NCBI GenBank assembly: GCA_017501645.1
Contig: JAFVWN010000062.1
Span: 2,980-66,979 of the forward strand
DNA from: Clostridia bacterium
Lineage (GTDB): Bacteria; Bacillota; Clostridia; Christensenellales; UBA1242
Direction of reading: 5' to 3'
DNA: 64,000 nucleotides
In this document: piece after piece, positions 53,983 to 61,898 of the stretch
Numbering within the stretch: position 1 is the first letter of the stretch
How the letters are laid out: each line of letters starts with the position of its first letter
Notes under the pieces: model-generated
What the model was told of the DNA's origin: nothing
Seen by the model: the letters and a program-made list of their open reading frames with translations, nothing else
Database searches by the model: none
Made by a program: the position numbers and the translations under genes

Positions 53983-56085
53983 ATGAAAAAACTAATAAAA
54001 TTAACAAGAATTCACTGTGCTGGTTGTGCGGTAAATCTTGAGGATAAAATTAAAGAGATAGAAGGGGTTCAAAACGCTTCTATTGATTTTTTAACCAAGA
54101 CCGTAACAGTTGATATTTCTTCAAAAAACGCAAAAGAAGTGCTTGAAAATGTAAAAAACACTATAATTTCATTTGATAGTTCGATAAAAATAGTTGATAC
54201 ATCTCAAGAAGAGAAACAAGAAAGAAGAGAAAAAGTTAAAAAGATAATTGATATTGTTCGTGTTGCGGTAGCTCTTTTATTGGCGGTTTCGGCAATATTT
54301 GCGCCAATAAATTGGCTTAAAATTTCAATGTTTGTTGTGTCATATTTAGCCGTTGCTTACGAGATAATTTTCTTGGCTTTTTATAACATATTTAAAGGTA
54401 AGATGCTTGATGAAAATTTCTTGATGACTATAGCAACAATTGGTGCTTTTGTTTTGGTGGAATATATTGAAGCGATTGCTGTAGTGTTTCTTTATACCAT
54501 AGGTGAGTTTCTGGAGAAGCTTGCAGTTGAGAAGTCTAGGCGCAGGGTTAAAAGTTTAATAAGTATTAAAGCTGATGTTGCAAACCTTGTTACGGATTTT
54601 GAGGAAACACAAGTATCTCTTGATGTAATTAAAAAGAATGATATTATAAGAATAAAAGCGGGAGAGAAAGTTCCTCTTGATTGTGTAGTAATAGAGGGTA
54701 AGTCTTCTCTTAATACCTCTGCAATTACTGGAGAAAGTAAAGAGGTTTTTGTTGGTGAAGGTGATGAGCTTTTAAGTGGAAGTATAAACATTGATGGCGT
54801 TCTTCTCTGCAGGGTTTTAAAAACAGAGAAAGAAAGTACTGTTACAAAAATTATCGAAATGGTTGAAACTGCCACAAAAAATAAAGCAAGTACAGAAAAA
54901 TTTATCACCAAGTTTGCAAAGTGGTACACTCCAATTGTTGTTTTTTGCGCAATATGTTTAGCCTTTATTCCTTGGGCTTGTGGTGAGTCTATTGCAGTTT
55001 GGGGTTATAGGGCGTTAACATTCTTGGTTGTATCTTGTCCTTGTGCGTTGGTAATCTCAATACCTCTTGGATATTTTGCAGGTATTGGTGCATCTGCAAG
55101 AAAAGGAATTTTAGTTAAAGGTGCTTCATATATTGATTTGCTTGCAGGTGTAGATAATGTAATTTTTGATAAAACAGGAACGCTTACTTATGGTGATTTT
55201 GAGGTGTCTCATATTCACGCAGAAGAAAATTCTTCACCTGAAGAGGTTCTTGAGTTAATTGCTTATGCTGAAAGTTTTTCTAATCACAGAATAGCTAAGT
55301 CTATTGTGAAAAAGTATAACAAGAGTATTAACACTGCTTGGGTTAATGATTATAAAGAGGTTGCCGGACTTGGAGTTGAGGTAGAACTTTTTAATGAAGA
55401 ATGTTTGGTTGGAAACGCTAAACTTCTTGAAAAACATCAAATTAAATTTACTCAAGCAAAAGAGATTGGAACTGTCGTGTATATTGCAAAAAGTCAGGAG
55501 TTTTTGGGATATATAATAGTTGAAGACAAAATTAAAGAAGATAGTTACAGTGCTGTATCTGCTCTCAAAAATGTAGGTGTTCATACCATATCAATGTTTA
55601 CTGGAGACAATGAAGAGATTGCAAAAAAAGTTTCTGGTGAGCTTGGTATTGATAAGTATTACTCTGGGCTTATGCCAGAGGGAAAGGTTGAAATGCTAAA
55701 AGAGCTTTCTGGACATAAACAAATAGCTTTTGTTGGTGATGGAATTAATGATGCTCCAGTTCTTGCAAGTGTTGATGTTGGGGTAAGTATGGGTGGTGTT
55801 GCAAGTGATGTTGCTATCGAAACTGCAGATGTTGTGCTTATGACGGATAAGCCTAGCCAACTTGCAGATGCTATAAAAATCTCAAAGAAGACAAAAAGAA
55901 TAATATTACAAAACATTATTTTTATAATGGCAACAAAAATTGCCGTAATGGTGCTTAGTACTCTTGGTATTACAGGAATGTGGCTCGCAATATTTGCAGA
56001 TGTTGGCGTTTGTTTGTTAACAGTGCTTAATTCGCTAAGAGCAATGATAGTAAAGAAAAAGGAGAAAAACAAAAATGCAAAATAA
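53983..56085 (+). CDS. Heavy-metal (Cd/Zn/Co-type) translocating P1B-ATPase
   Basis: N-terminal HMA CAGC, TM CPC motif (SCPCALV), DKTGTLT, GDGINDAP. Confidence 0.9.
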   Translation: MKKLIKLTRIHCAGCAVNLEDKIKEIEGVQNASIDFLTKTVTVDISSKNAKEVLENVKNTIISFDSSIKIVDTSQEEKQERREKVKKIIDIVRVAVALLLAVSAIFAPINWLKISMFVVSYLAVAYEIIFLAFYNIFKGKMLDENFLMTIATIGAFVLVEYIEAIAVVFLYTIGEFLEKLAVEKSRRRVKSLISIKADVANLVTDFEETQVSLDVIKKNDIIRIKAGEKVPLDCVVIEGKSSLNTSAITGESKEVFVGEGDELLSGSINIDGVLLCRVLKTEKESTVTKIIEMVETATKNKASTEKFITKFAKWYTPIVVFCAICLAFIPWACGESIAVWGYRALTFLVVSCPCALVISIPLGYFAGIGASARKGILVKGASYIDLLAGVDNVIFDKTGTLTYGDFEVSHIHAEENSSPEEVLELIAYAESFSNHRIAKSIVKKYNKSINTAWVNDYKEVAGLGVEVELFNEECLVGNAKLLEKHQIKFTQAKEIGTVVYIAKSQEFLGYIIVEDKIKEDSYSAVSALKNVGVHTISMFTGDNEEIAKKVSGELGIDKYYSGLMPEGKVEMLKELSGHKQIAFVGDGINDAPVLASVDVGVSMGGVASDVAIETADVVLMTDKPSQLADAIKISKKTKRIILQNIIFIMATKIAVMVLSTLGITGMWLAIFADVGVCLLTVLNSLRAMIVKKKEKNKNAK

Positions 56086-56677
56086 CTATGAAGAATTAAT
56101 TGATAAGTTGTTTAGATTTGAATTATCAAGCACAGAGATTGTTGATTTCACACAAAAATTAGAAGAAGAAATTCTTTTTGATTTCGATACATTCAAAAAG
56201 TATTATAATCAAAAGCTTGTTTTTGACGCTTTAAAAAAGTATGAAAACGGAGAAATTACTGGTGATTATTTGAATGATTGGTCCAATTGTTATGCTTGTT
56301 TATTAAATGCTCAAGACATTGAAAAATTTTCATTTGTTGATGAATTAAAAGCGTCTATTGTGGAATGTTTGTTTGATTTAGAAGTTGGTGAGGGATGCGA
56401 CACAAAAGAAGAACTTGATTTTTTAAAATACGCAAGCGAATTATTAGAAAGTGTTCTAGCTAGTGAAAACTTAATGACTTATTGTATGATAGACAAGTAT
56501 GAAGAGGGGTTGCCAAGGTTAAACTATTTAGTGATTGATGAAACAAATAAAAAATATTGTTTTTGGTTCACAGTTTTAATGGTTGAAAAGTCTATGATAG
56601 TTGAACCAATTATAACTAAGAGTCAATTTTATGAAAAAATTGAAAGCCTTCAACAAATAGGCTACGAGGAATTTTAA
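56075..56677 (+). CDS. Hypothetical acidic protein, paralog 1
   Basis: Overlaps the ATPase stop by 11 nt. Shares the pattern F..Y(Y/K)....F(D)..L.KY...EI...Y...WS..Y with the next ORF. Confidence 0.55.
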   Translation: MQNNYEELIDKLFRFELSSTEIVDFTQKLEEEILFDFDTFKKYYNQKLVFDALKKYENGEITGDYLNDWSNCYACLLNAQDIEKFSFVDELKASIVECLFDLEVGEGCDTKEELDFLKYASELLESVLASENLMTYCMIDKYEEGLPRLNYLVIDETNKKYCFWFTVLMVEKSMIVEPIITKSQFYEKIESLQQIGYEEF

Positions 56678-56697
56678 ACACAATAAAGGGGTTTAGT

Positions 56698-57312
56698 ATG
56701 ATTGATGAAAACTTGATACAAAGAATAATTTCTGCAGAGGCGAGCAAAGAAGAGGTTTTTGAGTGTGCAAAAGCAATAATGAAAGAGACTTGCAGAGAAA
56801 GATTTACTTTTGAAACATATTACAAAAAAGAAGATTTTGATGTTATTTTGGAAAAATATAAAAGTAAAGAAATTGATGCTGAGTATATTTCATATTGGTC
56901 TCATATCTACACAAATTTAATAATGTCTTCGGTATGGAAAGAAAGTGCAGATAGAGACTTGTATCCAATTGAGGTAATTATGTATAAAATAAGCGATTAT
57001 CTTGATGAGATGTATTTTGCAGACAGTTATGATATTTATGCTTTTGAAAAAGTTATAAAAAGTGTTGGTGTTGCAGATAAAGTTTATAAAGCACTAAAAA
57101 ACAAAAATAAGGTTAGAGTGGTTTGTAATGTTTCACCAGCAGTACTTGAAATTGTATATGTTCTTGAAGAACAAAAAGAATTTGCTCCTTTTGAAATGCT
57201 TGTTGAAGAAGACCAAGTGTATGATGCAGAGCAGGTTGAGTTGGAGGAGTATAACAGTCTTTTAAGTAAATTAAAAGAAGAAGGATACAAAAATCTGTTT
57301 GAGGCTTTTTAA
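56698..57312 (+). CDS. Hypothetical acidic protein, paralog 2
   Basis: GGGG RBS; same length and motif order as 56075-56677. Confidence 0.55.
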   Translation: MIDENLIQRIISAEASKEEVFECAKAIMKETCRERFTFETYYKKEDFDVILEKYKSKEIDAEYISYWSHIYTNLIMSSVWKESADRDLYPIEVIMYKISDYLDEMYFADSYDIYAFEKVIKSVGVADKVYKALKNKNKVRVVCNVSPAVLEIVYVLEEQKEFAPFEMLVEEDQVYDAEQVELEEYNSLLSKLKEEGYKNLFEAF

Positions 57313-57431
57313 AAATATTAGTTAAAGGTTTGTCATTTGTTTGGCAAATCTTTTTTTATAAAAGATAATGAGACTAAAAGTTACTTGATTTTAAAATGGC
57401 TGTGTGTTATACTAGGTGCGGAGTAAAAATT

Positions 57432-59198
57432 ATGGCATTAATTGTAAAAGATATATTATATAAAAAACTAGAGAAAGCTTTTGAAAAACTAGGTTATGAT
57501 AAAGAACTTATCACAATAGCATACGCAAATAAACCAGAGGTGGCGGATTATCAATGTAATTCGGCTTTTGCTATTGCAAAAAAAGTAGGAAAGAACCCTG
57601 TTGAAATTGCAACTAAGATTGCTGAAGAATTATCAACTGCTGAAGAGTTTGATGCAGTTGTCTCAATGCCTGCATTTATTAATATAAAACTTAAAGATGA
57701 GTTTTTGATGCAGGTTGCGGAAGCCGTTTTGGAAGACGAAGAAAGTCTTATCAAGAAACCGGAAAGAAAAATGACAGTAGTTCTTGATTACGGTGGGGCG
57801 AATGTTGCAAAAGAACTTCATATTGGACACTTGCGTTCTCCAATTATTGGTGAGGCTCTTTATAGGCTTTATAAACTTATGGGGCACAATGTAATTTCGG
57901 ATACTCACCTTGGTGACTGGGGATTGCAAATGGGCTTGACAATTGCTCAACTTGAAGAAGATGGGTATCTAGAGGGCTATTTTGGTAGAGGTAAGAATAA
58001 GGAAATTACTCTTGATACACTTAATGAAGAGTACCCAAAAGCAAGTAAAAGAAAAGCCGTTGAAGAAGCTTTCAAGCAAAAGGCTGAAAAGTATACTGTT
58101 TATATTCAAAAGAAACAAGAGCCGTTTTGGACAATTTATACAGATATAAGAAACTTGTCTGTAGAGAAAATTAAAGATAACTATTTGACTCTTGGTTGCC
58201 ATTTTGATTTGTGGTATGGTGAAAGCAATGCTTATCCATATATTAATAAAACTGTTCAAATTTTCAAAGATAAAGGCCTTACAAGAGAATATGAGGGGGC
58301 TTTAGTTGTAGATGTTGCTTTAGAGGGTGAAAATATTCCTATAGAAAGAAAGAGTGAAGATGAGCCTCAAAGATATAAAAATCCAATGCCGCCAGTAAAG
58401 ATAAAAACTCATGATGATGCGGATGTCTATGCAACAACAGATATCGCAACTATTATGATGAGAAATAAAGACTACAATCCTGACAGAATTTTGTATATTG
58501 TAGACTTTAGACAAGGTCAACATTTTACAAGGGTGTTTAGGGCTACAAAGATGGCTGGCATTTCTCCAAAGGAACAAGAACTTATTCATATTGCTTATGG
58601 AACAATGAATGGTGCAGACGGAAAGCCGTTCAAAACAAGGTCTGGTGAAACTGTTAAGCTTCAAGATATTATTGATATGCTTTATGAAAAGTCAAGTCAA
58701 AGACTTGCAGAAAATGGCATTACAGACAATCCTGAACTTGCAATGCAAATTGGTGTCGCTTCAATGAAATTTGGAGATTTGTCAAATGTTGTTTCAAAAG
58801 ATTATGTATTTGACCTTGATAAGTTTTCTTCATTTGAGGGAAGAACAGGCCCTTATATTCAATATACTGGTGCAAGAATTAATTCTCTTTTGGAAAAGGG
58901 TGAAAACAATATTGGAAAGATTTATGTTTCATCTAACGAAGAAAGAAACATTATTGTGAACCTTATTAAGATGTATGATAGTTTTGTTACTTCTTATAAT
59001 GATAATTCATTAAACAGTTTGTGTATGTCATTATATAATTTGGCAAGTGCTTATTCATTATTCTATAACAACATAAAGGTTTTGAGCGAAAAAGATGAGA
59101 CAAAGAAAAAGAGTTATTTGGCTCTTTCAAAAGTTGTTTTAAAAGCTTTAAAACTTGGTCTTAACACTCTTGGTATTGATATGCCAAACAAAATGTAA
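57432..59198 (+). CDS. argS: Arginine--tRNA ligase
   Basis: Class I HIGH motif (AKELHIGHLRS) and ArgS-like anticodon-binding C-terminus. ATG 57432 is preferred. Confidence 0.85.
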   Translation: MALIVKDILYKKLEKAFEKLGYDKELITIAYANKPEVADYQCNSAFAIAKKVGKNPVEIATKIAEELSTAEEFDAVVSMPAFINIKLKDEFLMQVAEAVLEDEESLIKKPERKMTVVLDYGGANVAKELHIGHLRSPIIGEALYRLYKLMGHNVISDTHLGDWGLQMGLTIAQLEEDGYLEGYFGRGKNKEITLDTLNEEYPKASKRKAVEEAFKQKAEKYTVYIQKKQEPFWTIYTDIRNLSVEKIKDNYLTLGCHFDLWYGESNAYPYINKTVQIFKDKGLTREYEGALVVDVALEGENIPIERKSEDEPQRYKNPMPPVKIKTHDDADVYATTDIATIMMRNKDYNPDRILYIVDFRQGQHFTRVFRATKMAGISPKEQELIHIAYGTMNGADGKPFKTRSGETVKLQDIIDMLYEKSSQRLAENGITDNPELAMQIGVASMKFGDLSNVVSKDYVFDLDKFSSFEGRTGPYIQYTGARINSLLEKGENNIGKIYVSSNEERNIIVNLIKMYDSFVTSYNDNSLNSLCMSLYNLASAYSLFYNNIKVLSEKDETKKKSYLALSKVVLKALKLGLNTLGIDMPNKM

Positions 59199-59263
59199 AA
59201 AACGCAAAAACAATCAATAAAAACTGCAAAAACGCATAAAATTTAATGTTTAGAAGGGGAAAT

Positions 59264-59824
59264 ATGGAAAATAAAGAAAAAATGTTATTGCATAGTTGTT
59301 GCGGGCCTTGTAGTACTACAGCCATATTTTCTCTATCAAAAATATATGATATAACTATTTGTTATTACAATCCAAATATATATCCGGAAGAAGAGTATTT
59401 GAAAAGAAAGGAAGAACAAATCAAGCTTATAAATAAGGTGAATGAAGAAGGGGAAATACAAATAAAAATGCTAGATGTTGAGTATGACCCTGAGACTTAT
59501 GAGGAAGCGGTTTGTTCCCTTCGTGAAGAAAAAGAAGGTGGGCTTAGATGCAATGTTTGTTTCAGGCTAAGACTTGAAAAGGTGGCAAAACTTGCTCTTG
59601 AAAATGGTTATGATTTGTTTGCAACAACGCTAACAGTTAGTCCTCACAAGAATGCTCCACTTATTAATAGCATAGGAGAAGAGGTTTCAAAAATTTATAA
59701 TATTAGATATTTGCCAACAGATTTGAAAAAACAAGATGGCTACAAAAAGAGTATTGAGTATTCAAAACAGTATGAACTTTATAGGCAAAACTATTGCGGT
59801 TGTAAATATAGTAAATGGTATTAA
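59264..59824 (+). CDS. queH: Epoxyqueuosine reductase QueH (DUF208)
   Basis: LLHSCCGPCS N-terminal motif, C-terminal YRQNYCGC, ~185 aa. Confidence 0.8.
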   Translation: MENKEKMLLHSCCGPCSTTAIFSLSKIYDITICYYNPNIYPEEEYLKRKEEQIKLINKVNEEGEIQIKMLDVEYDPETYEEAVCSLREEKEGGLRCNVCFRLRLEKVAKLALENGYDLFATTLTVSPHKNAPLINSIGEEVSKIYNIRYLPTDLKKQDGYKKSIEYSKQYELYRQNYCGCKYSKWY

Positions 59825-59861
59825 AAAAAGAAGCTGATAGTCTCAGCTTCTTTTAATTTGT

Positions 59862-60527
59862 TTATTTTTTAGAATTTATAATTTTTATGATTTTCTCTAC
59901 ACATTCATCAATTGTGTAAGAAGTTGTATCTATGATAACTGAATCACTTGTCATAATAAGAGGGGAAAGCTCACGGTTTCTGTCTTCATTGTCTCTTTCT
60001 TCAAGTTCACTAAGAACTTCTTCAAGTGTTTTATTTTTCCCTTGAGCGATATAGTCTGCAAGTCTTCTTTTGGCTCTTATGGTTTGGTCTGCATCAATAA
60101 AGATTTTAACTTCTGCGTTAGGGAATACAACGCTACCAATATCTCTGCCTTCAATTATAATATCTTTATGGTTAAGAGCCTCTTGCTTTTGGATTTTTCT
60201 CACAAACTCACGAACAATTTCTTTACAAGCCATTTTAGGGGTAAACTTAGAAACATTCGGGCTGTTTAAGTCGTTAGGTTTTTGAAGGATTCCATCAACA
60301 ATAACAGAAATTTTTCCGGCACTAAAACCAATGTTTATAATAGTGCTATCAAGCATAGTGTTAATTCTTGAATCATCATTTTCATCAATACCAAAGTTTA
60401 ACATTTTAAGAGCGATTGCTCTATAAATCGACCCCGTTCCTATAACAGATATATTAAGTTTCTTTCCAAGCGCTCTTGCAATAGAAGATTTTCCGCTTGA
60501 AGATGTTCCATCAATGGCAATTATCAT
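59862..60527 (-). CDS. cmk: Cytidylate kinase
   Basis: P-loop IIAIDGTSSSGKSS, GSIYRA, EGRDIGSVVFP. Confidence 0.85.
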   Translation of the reverse strand: MIIAIDGTSSSGKSSIARALGKKLNISVIGTGSIYRAIALKMLNFGIDENDDSRINTMLDSTIINIGFSAGKISVIVDGILQKPNDLNSPNVSKFTPKMACKEIVREFVRKIQKQEALNHKDIIIEGRDIGSVVFPNAEVKIFIDADQTIRAKRRLADYIAQGKNKTLEEVLSELEERDNEDRNRELSPLIMTSDSVIIDTTSYTIDECVEKIIKIINSKK

Positions 60528-60638
60528 AGAATATTCTCCATTTTGTGTGCTTTTTAATATTGTATCATAAAGAAATTTATATAGTAAAGCAAAAAAGGGC
60601 TATTTTAGTTTGTTTTTTTGAAAAAATAGGTTTATAAT

Positions 60639-61298
60639 ATGATTATGAAGAAGAAAAATGTTAATTTTGCGGAAAATAAGAATCAAGAAGAGAAGAAAAA
60701 GCCATCTTTTGCAAGGCGATTTTTCTCTATTTTATTTTTAATAATTTTAAGCCCTGTGTTTTTGCTTTACTTTTTTATAAAGTGGATTGTAAAAACGGTA
60801 AAGAAGAATAAGTGGGAAAAAGAGGGGAAAAGAGGAAAACTTCTTTTGTTGTCTGCTGATATTTCTCAAATAGACATAATGGAAGGTTATGAGTTTGAAG
60901 AGTATCTTAAAACCCTGTTTTTTTATGAGGGGTTTGCAACAGAAACAACTATTAAAGCAAGGGATTTTGGAGCTGATATAATTTTGGTTGCACCAAACGA
61001 AAAAATTATTGTTCAAGCCAAAAGATATTCAAAAGCTGTTGGTGTGAAAAGTGTTCAAGAGATTTTGGGGGCTGTTCCGCATTATAGGGCAACCGGTGCT
61101 ATGGTTGTAACAAACTCATACTTTACTCAATCAGCAGAAACTCTTGCAAAAGAGAATAATATTCGTCTAGTTGATAGAGATGAATTGATTGAAATTTACA
61201 CAAGGGTTAAAGAAAAACTTCAGCTTTCGACAAGGGAAAGTGAGCTTGTTGATAAAACAGATATGTACATAGAGGACAGGTTTCCTCATATGATTTAA
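60639..61298 (+). CDS. Membrane-anchored Mrr-type restriction-endonuclease-fold protein
   Basis: N-terminal TM (FFSILFLIILSPVFLLYFFI), then GYEFEEYL..DFGADIIL..VQAKRY..VVTNSYFT (D-(D/E)xK core). Confidence 0.7.
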   Translation: MIMKKKNVNFAENKNQEEKKKPSFARRFFSILFLIILSPVFLLYFFIKWIVKTVKKNKWEKEGKRGKLLLLSADISQIDIMEGYEFEEYLKTLFFYEGFATETTIKARDFGADIILVAPNEKIIVQAKRYSKAVGVKSVQEILGAVPHYRATGAMVVTNSYFTQSAETLAKENNIRLVDRDELIEIYTRVKEKLQLSTRESELVDKTDMYIEDRFPHMI

Positions 61299-61420
61299 GA
61301 CGAAAGCAATTTTCGTCTTTTTTTGTTGCTGCAAAAAAAATAGAATTAAAAAAAACATCCAATCTACTCCTGTGTGGGGAATAAATACCACAATTGGGTA
61401 AAATAATTTTAAGGAAAAAA

Positions 61421-61573
61421 ATGAAAACATTTATGCATAATAAAATCGTGCGACAGGTTACTCATCGAGCCTTGTATAATGCTCAAATATTAGGCTATTT
61501 TAAAGCCATATGGTTAAAGAAAGCAAACTTTAAGCATTCTACTGCGTTAACTGGTGAGCAAATAAAATCATAA
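61421..61573 (+). CDS. Possible 50-aa basic ORF (not in the ORF track)
   Basis: AAGGA RBS 6 nt upstream; a strong terminator follows directly. Confidence 0.3.
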   Translation: MKTFMHNKIVRQVTHRALYNAQILGYFKAIWLKKANFKHSTALTGEQIKS

Positions 61574-61577
61574 GAAA

Positions 61578-61603
61578 AACGAGGTGTTAACCTCGTTTTT
61601 TTT
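61578..61603. terminator. Bidirectional terminator
   Basis: AACGAGGT/ACCTCGTT stem with A5 before and T8 after. Confidence 0.8.
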
Positions 61604-61613
61604 GTGTCTTATT

Positions 61614-61898
61614 TTATATTAAAAATGGATTTTCTTTAAGTTTTGACTCAATGTTTGTTCCTAATTTTAATAGTGTTTTTGCAAGCTCTTCAGGGTCACT
61701 AAGTAAGAAATCCGGGTTTGTTAAAATTAATGAGTCCATATCAAACTTAGGGAAGCCAAACTGCTCAACAAGGCTTATGTTTTTTATAATTCTTTCAGTG
61801 TCCACAATTTGCAAACCAGGGCAGATTGTTAAAATATCTTCATAATCTTCATCTGTAATGCCGTAAAGAGAAAGAATGTTTTTTGTATTATTTTCCAT
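61614..61898 (-). CDS. 94-aa helical-repeat protein related to the C-terminus of the upstream ORF
   Basis: ATG 61898 after GAGGAA, overlapping the upstream stop by 11 nt. The ORF-track start at 61988 is probably too long. Confidence 0.55.
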   Translation of the reverse strand: MENNTKNILSLYGITDEDYEDILTICPGLQIVDTERIIKNISLVEQFGFPKFDMDSLILTNPDFLLSDPEELAKTLLKLGTNIESKLKENPFLI

